A stretch of DNA of 64,000 bases from Dehalococcoidia bacterium (GTDB taxonomy: Bacteria; Chloroflexota; Dehalococcoidia; DSTF01; RBG-16-68-14): positions 1 through 64,000 of the forward strand of contig JBBEBM010000059.1 of assembly GCA_040882355.1 (NCBI GenBank). The letters are read 5' to 3'. Both the position numbers and the translations under genes were made by a program. This document shows, in pieces, positions 48,052 to 57,006 of this stretch (the first letter of the stretch is position 1; every line of letters begins with the position of its first letter). The notes under the pieces are model-generated. The model was not told the origin of the DNA, did not search any database, and saw only the letters and a program-made list of their open reading frames with translations.

Positions 48052-49287
48052 TTGACAGACGAACGAGAGGTCGTGATCACGGGCATGGGCGCGGTCAGCG
48101 CCTACGGCCGTGGCGTCGACATACTGTGGGACGGGCTGGTGGCGGGCCGGAGCACGATCGCCCGGATCAGCGGCTTCGATCCCGCGCCCTACGCTTGCCA
48201 GGTCGCCGGCGAGGTGCGCGGCTACGAGCCGCATCCGGACGTGCCGCCGGAGCTGGCGGCGCGGCTCGACCGGGGCGCGCTCTTCGCTGTCGATGCGGCG
48301 CTCCAGGCGCTTGCCGACTCCGGCCTGCCGCTCACGCCCGAGAACGCCGTTCAGGTAGGCGCCGTCGTCGGCTCCGCGCGGCCTGGCGAGTCGAGCGTCT
48401 GGCAGGGGCAGCGCGCATTCCGCGAGCAAGGGCCGCAGGCGCTCACGGGCGGCTACATCGGGCGGACGCTGGCAAACTCGTCGGCGATCCAGGCGGCGTC
48501 CGCTATCGGTGCGCGTGGCCCGACGATCGCCGTGTCAGCGGGCGGCGCGTCCGGCGATGCCGCGCTGGCGCTAGCCGCGAACATGGTGCGTCGCGGCGAG
48601 GTCGAGGTCGCGATCGCCGGCGGGGCGGACGCGGCGATCACACCGCCCGCGCTCGCGGCATTCTGCGCGATGACGCTGCTGACCGAGCACAACGACGACC
48701 CTCCGCGAGCCTGCCGCCCCTTTGACGCGGAAGGCGACGGCTTTGCGCTGGGCGAAGGCGCGGGCATGCTGGTGCTGGAGAACGAGGAGCTGGCGCGCGA
48801 ACGGGGCGCGCGCGTCTACGCGCGCCTCTCAGGCGCGGCGTCGATCACCGAGCCGGGCGTGCTGCTGCCGACCGCGCCTGAGGCGGGCCGCGCGTTGCAG
48901 GCGGCGCTGCGCGAGCCGGCGCTCCTGCAAAGTGAGATCGACTACTTCTGCGCCTACGCGCCGGGGACGCCGCAGCTCGACCGGCTGGAGACGGAGGCGA
49001 TCAAGCGCATCTTCGGCGAGCTGACGGCGTCGAAGCTGACGATCAGCGCGCCTAAGTCGATGCTCGGGCATGCGTTGGGCGCGGGCGGGGCGTTCGAGGC
49101 GATCGTCTGCGCGAAGGCGATCGAGACGGGCGTGGTCCCGCCGACGATCAACTTCGAGCGAGCGGCGGAGGGCTGCGACCTTGACTACACGCCGAACGAG
49201 GCTCGACAGCAGCAGGTGCGGCACGCGCTGAGCTACGCTATCGGTTTCGGCGGGCACCACGTGGCGCTCTGCTTCTCCGCGCCGTAG
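48052..49287 (+). CDS. FabF-like ketosynthase homolog lacking the catalytic Cys and first His
   Basis: VVITGMG, CRPFD..DGFALGEGAG, KSMLGHALGA; TACAS becomes AGGAS and NAHGT becomes CAYAPGT. Confidence 0.85.
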   Translation: MTDEREVVITGMGAVSAYGRGVDILWDGLVAGRSTIARISGFDPAPYACQVAGEVRGYEPHPDVPPELAARLDRGALFAVDAALQALADSGLPLTPENAVQVGAVVGSARPGESSVWQGQRAFREQGPQALTGGYIGRTLANSSAIQAASAIGARGPTIAVSAGGASGDAALALAANMVRRGEVEVAIAGGADAAITPPALAAFCAMTLLTEHNDDPPRACRPFDAEGDGFALGEGAGMLVLENEELARERGARVYARLSGAASITEPGVLLPTAPEAGRALQAALREPALLQSEIDYFCAYAPGTPQLDRLETEAIKRIFGELTASKLTISAPKSMLGHALGAGGAFEAIVCAKAIETGVVPPTINFERAAEGCDLDYTPNEARQQQVRHALSYAIGFGGHHVALCFSAP

Positions 49288-49308
49288 GCTGAGGTTATCG
49301 AAGGGGCC

Positions 49309-49334
49309 GGACAGACCTGAAGGTCTGTCCCTAC
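49309..49334. repeat. REP-like palindrome with CTAC foot
   Basis: GGACAGACC-TGAA-GGTCTGTCC-CTAC. Confidence 0.75.
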
Positions 49335-49366
49335 GGAGCGCCCGAGGCAGCACAGGAGGGGATTGC

Positions 49367-50030
49367 ATGGAGATCACGTGGCTCGGGCACTCGTGCTTTC
49401 GCCTGAGGGGAAAGGACGCGACGGTGCTGACCGATCCCTGCGCGAAGACGACCGGCTACAACATCGGCAAGCCGACGGCGGACATCGTGACCGTGAGCCA
49501 CGACCACCCGGCGCACAACAACGTCGCGGCGGTGCCCGGTTCGCCGCGCGTCGTGCAGGGGCCGGGCGAGTTCGAGATGGCCGGCGTGCTGATCATGGGC
49601 GTGAGCACGTACCACGACGCGGAGAAGGGCGAGAAGCTGGGCAAGAACACGGCCTTCATCTTCGAGCTGGACGACGTGCTGGTCTGTCACCTGGGCGACA
49701 TCGGTCACGTGCCCACTGCGGCGCAGGTGGAGGAGATGAGCGGCGTCGACGTGCTGCTGGCGCCGGTCGGCGGCGGCACGACGATCGNNNNNNNNNNCCC
49801 GCCCCCCCGGCGCCGCCGCCGCTGAGATCGTGAGCATGATCGAGCCGAAGCTGGTGATCCCGATGCATTACAAGACGCCCGCGACGAAGGACGATCTGGA
49901 GCCGCTAGACCGCTTCCTGAAGGAGATCGGGGCGCCGTCGGCGCTGGACGAGAAGCAGCCCAAGCTCGCGGTGACGAAGAGCACCCTGCCGCACGAGACG
50001 AAGGTGATGGTGCTGGACTACCGGGGCTGA
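49367..50030 (+). CDS. MBL-fold metallo-hydrolase (interrupted by assembly gap)
   Basis: ITWLGHSCF, VSHDHPAH, HLGD, PVGG..., PKLVIPMHY; frames differ across the N gap. Confidence 0.85.
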
Positions 50031-50059
50031 CGTCTCGAGGCTCGACGCTCGAAGTTCGA

Positions 50060-50088
50060 TCACGGGCGGGTCTTAGACCCGCCCGTGA
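50060..50088. repeat. REP-like palindrome
   Basis: TCACGGGCGGGTC-TTA-GACCCGCCCGTGA, preceded by heptamer repeats CTCGAGG CTCGACG CTCGAAG. Confidence 0.7.
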
Positions 50089-50187
50089 CTCTCTTTGACG
50101 GCGGCGACCGCAGGACGCTATGCTTTGCCGCACAAGGAGCCGGGTGGGATGGGTGCCTTGCCTCCCGGCGCCGGAGCGAATCACACC

Positions 50188-50595
50188 ATGGCCCAGATGG
50201 AGATCGAGCTGATCCTCATGCGCCAGTTGGCGAGCCACCTCACCATGCCCATCTTTCTCTACGGCCCTGACGAGGACCTGCTCTACTTCAACGAGGCGGC
50301 GGAGAAGCTTATCGGGATCTCGTTCGACGACGCCGCGCCCATGCCGCCGGACCGGCTCGCGGCGCTGTTCCGGACGAAGACGGAAGAAGGCAAGCGCCTG
50401 CCCTCCAGCCAGTTGCCGATCGTGATCGCGCTGAGGGAGCGGCGGCCGGTACACCAGCCCGTTCGTTTCCGATCGCTGGACGGCGTTTCGCGGACCATTG
50501 ACCTGACAGCCATCCCTCTGGACGGGCAAGGCGGCCGGCAGCTCGGGGCGGTCGCGATCTTCTGGGAGAGGAAGGAAGAGGAGGCGGCCGAGTGA
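50188..50595 (+). CDS. PAS-domain protein
   Basis: IELILMRQLASHL.MPIFL...LLYFNEAAE..IG, GAVAIFW. Confidence 0.75.
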   Translation: MAQMEIELILMRQLASHLTMPIFLYGPDEDLLYFNEAAEKLIGISFDDAAPMPPDRLAALFRTKTEEGKRLPSSQLPIVIALRERRPVHQPVRFRSLDGVSRTIDLTAIPLDGQGGRQLGAVAIFWERKEEEAAE

Positions 50596-51434
50596 AGGTG
50601 ACGCTCTGGGGCACGCGCGGATCGGTGCCGAGCCCGGGCCCCGAGAACGTTCGCTACGGCGGGAACACCGCTTGCGTGGAGGTGCGCGGCGCCGACGGCT
50701 CGCTCCTCATCCTCGATGCCGGGTCGGGTGTGCGCCGGCTCGGCACGGTGATCGGTCCCGAGGTCGGCAGGATCGACATCCTCCTGACGCACCTGCACAT
50801 GGACCACATTCTCGGGCTCGGCTTCTTCGCGCCGCTCTACCAAGAGGGGCTGGAGGTGCACATCTGGGGCCCGCCCTCCGCGGGGCACGACCTGGGCACG
50901 CGCCTCGCGCGGTACTACCTGTCGCGGCCGCTCTTCCCTGTCCGGCTGCGCGACCTGCCCTGCGACCTGAAGCTGCACGATGTAGAGCGTGGCGTCTTCT
51001 CCATCCCTGGCTTCGAAGTGACGGCGGACCTGGTCCTTCATCCGGGGCCGACGGTGGGCTACCGGATCAGGGAGAACGGCGCATCGCTGGCCTACCTACC
51101 GGACCACGAGCCGGCCCTGGGGGCGCGCGAGTTTCCCGGTAGTCCAGAGTGGATCTCGGGATTCGACCTTGCGCACGGGGCCGACCTGCTCATTCACGAT
51201 GCGCAGTACACCGTCGCCGAATATTCGGACCACGTCGGGTGGGGCCACAGCGCAATGAGCCACATGCTGGCATTCGCCAGGGCGGCGGACGTCGCGCGAC
51301 TCGTCACCTTCCATCACGACCCAGCGCACTCAGACACTGACATCGATTGCTTCGTTGAAGAGGCGCAAGCGGCAGGCCTGCCGTTCCCCGTTGAGGCCGG
51401 GCAGGAAGGCGCGACCTACCAGGTAGGAGACTAG
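50592..51434 (+). CDS. MBL-fold metallo-hydrolase (phosphodiesterase-like)
   Basis: WGTRGSVPSPG..RYGGNT, THLHMDH, IHDAQY, GWGHS, FHHDP. Confidence 0.9.
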   Translation: MKVTLWGTRGSVPSPGPENVRYGGNTACVEVRGADGSLLILDAGSGVRRLGTVIGPEVGRIDILLTHLHMDHILGLGFFAPLYQEGLEVHIWGPPSAGHDLGTRLARYYLSRPLFPVRLRDLPCDLKLHDVERGVFSIPGFEVTADLVLHPGPTVGYRIRENGASLAYLPDHEPALGAREFPGSPEWISGFDLAHGADLLIHDAQYTVAEYSDHVGWGHSAMSHMLAFARAADVARLVTFHHDPAHSDTDIDCFVEEAQAAGLPFPVEAGQEGATYQVGD

Positions 51435-52960
51435 CGCGCCACCTGGAGCGCCCGCAGCTCCTCGCGGGCGACTTCGCGGTCGTCCCAGGGCAGGTACTCC
51501 GTGCCGACGATGAGGTAGGGCTCGTGGCCCTTGCCTGCAACGAGCACGACATCGCCCTCGCGGGCGAGGCCGAACGCGTGGCGCATCGCCTCGCGCCGGT
51601 CGGGGATGCGCACGAAGCCGCCGCCCTCGGCGGCGGCCGCGGCGAGCATCGACTGCGCGATCTGATCGAGGATGCGCGCCGGGTCTTCGGTGCGCGGGTT
51701 GTCGTTGCAGAGCACTGTGAAGTCGGCGAGCTCGGCTGCGGCGGCGCCCATGCCGGTGCGCCGGCCGGGATCGCGGTCGCCGCCCGCGCCGAAGACGGCG
51801 ATGAGCCGGCCCGAGGCGACGGGACGCAGCGCCTGCAGGATCGAACGAAGCGAATCGCCGGTGTGGGCGAAGTCGACGACGACGCCGAAGGGCTGACCGC
51901 AGTCGACCGGCTCCAGCCGGCCGGGCACGCCTCGGAATGCTGCGAGGCCCTCAACGACCTGTTCCAGCGACACGCCCTGGCTGAGCGCGACGGTCGCCGC
52001 GCCGAGGCTGTTGTAGACGCTGAACAGGCCGAGGAGCGGGACGCCGGCCTCGATCTCGCCCTGCGGCGCGATCAGGCGGAAGCGCGACCCCTTCTCCGAG
52101 AGCTGCACGTCGACCGCGCGCACGTCGGCGGGCGACTCGACGCCGTAGGTGAGAACGCGCGCCTTCTTCGTGCTCGAACGCATCGCGGCGCTGGCGGGGT
52201 CGTCGGCGTTGAGCACAGCGAGCTTCTCGATTCCCTTGTGGGCGGCATCGTCGAGCATGGCGAAGAGGCGCGCCTTCGACGCGCGGTAGTGCTCCATGTC
52301 CGGGTGGAAGTCGAGGTGGTCCGGGTAGAGGTTTGTGAAGACCGCGACGTCGGGCTCCAGGCGCGCCAGCCGGTGCAGCGCCAGCGCGTGCGACGTCCCT
52401 TCGACGACGGCGTAGCGCGCGCCGGCGTCGCGCATCTGCGCGAGCAGCGACTGCACTTCGAGCGACTCCGGCGTCGTCGTCTGCGAGCTATTCGCGACGA
52501 AGCGGTCGCCGACCTTGAACTCGACGCTCGAGATCAGGCCGGTGGGCTGGCCGCCCGCCTCCAGCAGGGCTGTCGCGAGGTAGCTCGTCGTGGTCTTGCC
52601 TTTCGTGCCGGTGACGGCGACGATGCGGAGCGCCCGCGCCGGGTGGCCGTAGAACGCGGCTGAGGCGTCGGCGAGCGCGCGCCGCGTGTCGGGTACGGCG
52701 ATGACGGCGACTGCCCTGTCCGCAAGTGCCGTCTCCCACGCTGCCCGTCGGTCCTCCTGCACGAGCAGGCCGGCCGCGCCGCGTTCGAGCGCCTGAGCGA
52801 GGTACTCGTGGCCGTCCGTCTCGAAACCGGGGACGGCGACGAAGAGCGCGCCGCGCCCGACCTTGCGGGAGTCGTACGCGATGGCGGTGATGTCGAGCTG
52901 CTCATCGCCCTGGATGAGGTAGGCGCCGGTGATGTCAGGCAGAAGGAGGCGGAGCAACAT
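51431..52960 (-). CDS. murE: UDP-N-acetylmuramoyl-tripeptide synthetase MurE
   Basis: YDSRKV, VTGTKGKTT, TTPE, DHLDFH, DFAHT, DNPR, AGKGHE. Confidence 0.95.
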   Translation of the reverse strand: MLLRLLLPDITGAYLIQGDEQLDITAIAYDSRKVGRGALFVAVPGFETDGHEYLAQALERGAAGLLVQEDRRAAWETALADRAVAVIAVPDTRRALADASAAFYGHPARALRIVAVTGTKGKTTTSYLATALLEAGGQPTGLISSVEFKVGDRFVANSSQTTTPESLEVQSLLAQMRDAGARYAVVEGTSHALALHRLARLEPDVAVFTNLYPDHLDFHPDMEHYRASKARLFAMLDDAAHKGIEKLAVLNADDPASAAMRSSTKKARVLTYGVESPADVRAVDVQLSEKGSRFRLIAPQGEIEAGVPLLGLFSVYNSLGAATVALSQGVSLEQVVEGLAAFRGVPGRLEPVDCGQPFGVVVDFAHTGDSLRSILQALRPVASGRLIAVFGAGGDRDPGRRTGMGAAAAELADFTVLCNDNPRTEDPARILDQIAQSMLAAAAAEGGGFVRIPDRREAMRHAFGLAREGDVVLVAGKGHEPYLIVGTEYLPWDDREVAREELRALQVAR

Positions 52961-52995
52961 CTGCCTCGATTATAGCGAGGCGGTGGGGACGCGGC

Positions 52996-54141
52996 TTACG
53001 GGAGGTAGTTCATCGGGTTCACCGGCGAGCCGTTAATCCGCACCTCGAAGTGGAGGTGGATGCCGGTCGCGTTGCCGGTCGCGCCGATGATGCCGAGTTG
53101 CTGGCCCTGCGAGACCGACTGGCCTTGCGAGACGCTGATACGCGAGAGGTGGGCGTATCGCGTCAGCAGGCCGTCTGAGCGCCGCACATCGACGTAGAGG
53201 CCGTAGCCGTTGCCTCCGCCGCCGGCGAAGGTCACGACACCGCCGTGGGCGGCGACGATGGCGGCGTTCGGGCAGCAGTAGCCGTCGATGTCGATCCCCG
53301 CGTGGCCGCCGCCGAAGCCGCGTGAGAGTGGCGCCACAAACGGCCAGATCAGGCCGGACCCGGAGCTGGCCTGCGGGGGCGGCGTCGAGACTGGTGGAGG
53401 CGAGGAAGGCCCCGACGGTTCGGATGGCGCGTCCGGGCGCGGCACAGGCGTGGCGGCGGCGACCAGGACGGGCTCCTCCGTTGGCTCTGGGGCGACGGAC
53501 GAAGCCGGCACGCCGTTCGGGACGAAGACGAGCTGACCCTCGATCACCTGGTCGGGCGAGGAGAGGTTGTTGCCGGCGAAGCCGACGATGTCGTCGACGT
53601 TGACGCCGAAGTGGCTCGCGATGCTGCTGATCGTCTCGCCCAGGCTGACGTAGTGCAGGATGCCGTTGCCGGTCGGGATGAAGACGACGTTGCCGACCGA
53701 GAGGACGTCGCCGTCACGCAGCTCAGGGTTGTTCCAGAGTAGGTACTGCAGCGTGACGCCGAAACGCTCCGCGATGGAGCTGGCGGTGTCGCCGGACTGG
53801 ACGGTGTAGCTGACGAAGAGCGGTCGTGGGGCGGCGGTCGGGGCCGCGGTGGCCGCTTCGGCGCCCGGCGCAGGTGGCAGCTCCGTTCCGGAGACGGCGG
53901 CGACGTAACGCTCAAGGTCCTGGCGGCGCATGGTGTCGGGCACGATGCCCGACGTGAGCACGGCCTCTTCGGGTGGGGCGGCGCCCAGGCTGGGCAGCGA
54001 GAGGTTGGTGACCGTGGCTGAGTTGTCGAGCTGGAAGGGGAAGGTCTTGGAGACGAAGACGGAGGAGAAGACGCCGAAGGCGATCAGGCCGAGGACGAAG
54101 CCGTGTAAGAGCGGCCTGCGTCGCCGGGCCATCGCCTGCAT
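52996..54141 (-). CDS. LysM x2 + M23 peptidase, paralog 1
   Basis: YTVQSGDT, HYVSLGET; HAGID, YAHL, HLHFE. Confidence 0.92.
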   Translation of the reverse strand: MQAMARRRRPLLHGFVLGLIAFGVFSSVFVSKTFPFQLDNSATVTNLSLPSLGAAPPEEAVLTSGIVPDTMRRQDLERYVAAVSGTELPPAPGAEAATAAPTAAPRPLFVSYTVQSGDTASSIAERFGVTLQYLLWNNPELRDGDVLSVGNVVFIPTGNGILHYVSLGETISSIASHFGVNVDDIVGFAGNNLSSPDQVIEGQLVFVPNGVPASSVAPEPTEEPVLVAAATPVPRPDAPSEPSGPSSPPPVSTPPPQASSGSGLIWPFVAPLSRGFGGGHAGIDIDGYCCPNAAIVAAHGGVVTFAGGGGNGYGLYVDVRRSDGLLTRYAHLSRISVSQGQSVSQGQQLGIIGATGNATGIHLHFEVRINGSPVNPMNYLP

Positions 54142-54408
54142 CGAGGGCTGACGCGGAAGTCGCCGGTCCAGCAGCCCTGTTGGGCTGCGACCAGCGACGC
54201 GAAAGGCGGGGTCGCCTTGGTCAGACAGAATACGCGCTTCCCCCTATCTTGCTACTACCTACCTTCGGCCCAAAATCCGTCGTAGTCTACACCCGCCCGT
54301 CAGGAGGGTCAACCCCTCGAATCTAGTCAGGGTTGAGCCGATGCGAATCCAGAGCGAGCCGGGCTGCGTGGGAGTACCGGGTCCGGGGCGCGTCCGGGTG
54401 GCAAGGGG

Positions 54409-55524
54409 CTAGGGCAAGTAGGCCATCGGGTCGACCGCCACGCCGCCTGAGTGGACCTCGAAGTGAAGGTGTGTCCCCGAGGCGTTGCCGGTGCGTCCGA
54501 CGCCGCCGACTGTCTGCCCCTGCGATACGCTCTGCCCGATGGAGGCTGAGACGTACTGAAGGTGCGCGTACAGCGTCTCGAGTCCGTTCGAGTGACGAAC
54601 GATGACGTAGAGCCCGTAGCCCGTGCCGCCGCCGCCGGCGAAGGTCACCGTTCCGGACGCCGCTGCCACGACGGCCGCGCCGTCCCTGCCGATGCCATCG
54701 ATATCGATACCCCGGTGGCCGCGTCCGTCGCCGAAGTACGAACTGATGTTACCGCTGAACGGCCAGATCAGGCCGGAGCTGGCTTGTGGCGGGGACGTGG
54801 ATTCCGGCGGCGCGTCCGGGCGCGGGACAGGCGTCGCCCCGGTGACGAGCACCGGCTCCTCCGTTGGGTCGGGCGCAACGGACGACGGCGGCACGCCGCT
54901 CGGGACGAAGACGAGCTGACCCTCGATCACCTGGTCGGGCGAGGAGAGGTTGTTGCCGGCGAAGCCGACGATGTCGTCGACGTTGACGCCGAAGTGGCTC
55001 GCGATGCTGCTGATCGTCTCGCCCAGGCTGACGTAGTGCAGGATGCCGTTGCCGGTCGGGATGAAGACGACGTTGCCGACCGAGAGGACGTCGCCGTCAC
55101 GCAGCTCAGGGTTGTTCCAGAGTAGGTACTGCAGCGTGACGCCGAAACGCTCCGCGATGGAGCTGGCGGTGTCGCCGGACTGGACGGTGTAGCTGACGAA
55201 GAGCGGTCGTGGGGCGGCGGTCGGGGCCGCGGTGGCCGCTTCGGCGCCCGGCGCAGGTGGCAGCTCCGTTCCGGAGACGGCGGCGACGTAACGCTCAAGG
55301 TCCTGGCGGCGCATGGTGTCGGGCACGATGCCCGACGTGAGCACGGCCTCTTCGGGTGGGGCGGCGCCCAGGCTGGGCAGCGAGAGGTTGGTGACCGTGG
55401 CTGAGTTGTCGAGCTGGAAGGGGAAGGTCTTGGAGACGAAGACGGAGGAGAAGACGCCGAAGGCGATCAGGCCGAGGACGAAGCCGTGTAAGAGCGGCCT
55501 GCGTCGCCGGGCCATCGCCTGCAT
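54409..55524 (-). CDS. LysM x2 + M23 peptidase, paralog 2
   Basis: Same LysM part; HRGID, YAHL, HLHFE. Confidence 0.92.
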   Translation of the reverse strand: MQAMARRRRPLLHGFVLGLIAFGVFSSVFVSKTFPFQLDNSATVTNLSLPSLGAAPPEEAVLTSGIVPDTMRRQDLERYVAAVSGTELPPAPGAEAATAAPTAAPRPLFVSYTVQSGDTASSIAERFGVTLQYLLWNNPELRDGDVLSVGNVVFIPTGNGILHYVSLGETISSIASHFGVNVDDIVGFAGNNLSSPDQVIEGQLVFVPSGVPPSSVAPDPTEEPVLVTGATPVPRPDAPPESTSPPQASSGLIWPFSGNISSYFGDGRGHRGIDIDGIGRDGAAVVAAASGTVTFAGGGGTGYGLYVIVRHSNGLETLYAHLQYVSASIGQSVSQGQTVGGVGRTGNASGTHLHFEVHSGGVAVDPMAYLP

Positions 55525-55918
55525 CGAGGGCTGACGCGGAAGTCGCCGGTCCAGCAGCCCTGTTGGGCTGCGACCAGCGACGCGAAAGGCGGGGTCGCCT
55601 TGGTCAGACAGAATACGCGCTTCCCCCTATCTTGCTACTACCTACTTTCGGCCCAAAATCCGTGGTAGTATACACCCGCCCGTCAAGCGGGTAAACCCCA
55701 CGGACCCCGGATCTAGATTCACGTCGACGTGGTAGCTGCTATCCGGCCGGCGGTAACCGGCCAGATTCTCCGCAGAGTTCAGCGTGAGCCAGCGACGAGC
55801 CCAAGGTGACATAATGGCGATTCGCCCAATACCAAATCGAGTAGGCGCTTGCCTGCTTGGGCCAGTGGTAGTATGATGGGGGAAACATCCGTTCGGAGAC
55901 GCGAGGTGAGGGACCACC

Positions 55919-56995
55919 TTGGGAGCATCGGTCGAAGGCGCTACGAGCGCTGATCTACGTTCGCTGGCGCAACGATACGGCGTTCAGGCGATAGACGACG
56001 TCCCGTTCGGCGCGCTGCCGCTGGGAGACCAGACGCTAGAGGACGACGAGGACGCGTTGCGCATCCGCACCCGCCAGCTCTCCTACGAGCTGCCTGCCGG
56101 CGAATGGCGGCCCATCCAGTGCTCCGGCGAACCTAGCGAGCCGCCCCGGCGCTTCATCGACGGCAGCGTCTTCTCACGCACCGTAGCTGTGCTGACGGTG
56201 GACGGGCGCCGCCGGCCAGCCATCCTGGCCTGCCTGGGCGCGCTGGCGCTCGAACTCGACGGGAGGCGGCTCATACGTTCAGAGGGCAGTCTGAGGGCGG
56301 AGACGGTGCTCTGTCTGCTCAGCAACGGCATACCGGACGGCGACCTCCAGGGGCTCGCTGATGGGTTAGAACGGCTCGAAATCGCGTTTTTGGCTTCGGA
56401 AACGGTAGAGCTTGCGGCTGACTTCGAGGTGCTGCGACGGCGCACCTGGGACCTCGCCAAGCAGCGGATGGAGGAGGCGGAGCAGGCCGTGCTCTTCGAC
56501 CAGCCAAACGTGCCGGCGCTCGTTGACGGCCTGCTGGAGCGGCGCGTGGTGACGGCGGCTTCGCAGGAGATGCCGTCGGTCGGGATGGTGAAGACCCACC
56601 ACAAGCAGTACGTGGAGGAGGGCCACTTGAACCTGCTCTACGGGCTGCAGCCTGCCGAACGCAGCCCGGCTTTCCTCATCGAGACGAAGAACGCCGGCTT
56701 CGTAAGCTGGTACCTGCGTCTCTCCTCGGCCGAAACAGTCTCGCCCAGCTACGGCATCGTGCGGCTGACGTCGCCTCAGGACTACCTGGAGCACCGTTTT
56801 CCGCGCCCGGACGAGCGCTGGTCGGAGATATCGGCGCTTTCGCAGTACATTTGCGGTCTACGACACCGGCAGGGTAGCTACGCCCGCATGGGCATCTCGC
56901 TGGAGCCGATCGTGCGGGTTGAGGACGAGCTGCACGCGGTCCTGCCCGACATCAAGCAGGCGACGGCTCGATTGCACCGGGCGCTCGGCGTCTGA
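55919..56995 (+). CDS. NurA-like 5'-3' nuclease
   Basis: RRFIDGS, LVDG.L, GMVKT, SWYLRL, PIVRVEDEL; first gene of the herA-sbcD-sbcC operon. Confidence 0.7.
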   Translation: MGASVEGATSADLRSLAQRYGVQAIDDVPFGALPLGDQTLEDDEDALRIRTRQLSYELPAGEWRPIQCSGEPSEPPRRFIDGSVFSRTVAVLTVDGRRRPAILACLGALALELDGRRLIRSEGSLRAETVLCLLSNGIPDGDLQGLADGLERLEIAFLASETVELAADFEVLRRRTWDLAKQRMEEAEQAVLFDQPNVPALVDGLLERRVVTAASQEMPSVGMVKTHHKQYVEEGHLNLLYGLQPAERSPAFLIETKNAGFVSWYLRLSSAETVSPSYGIVRLTSPQDYLEHRFPRPDERWSEISALSQYICGLRHRQGSYARMGISLEPIVRVEDELHAVLPDIKQATARLHRALGV

Positions 56996-57006
56996 GGAGG
57001 CGAACC

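Noticed and set aside
49788..49830. Apparent frameshift in the MBL hydrolase (also the Ns in herA at 58311-58320)
   Set aside because: Coincides with a 10-N scaffold gap; assembly artefact, not a pseudogene or recoding site
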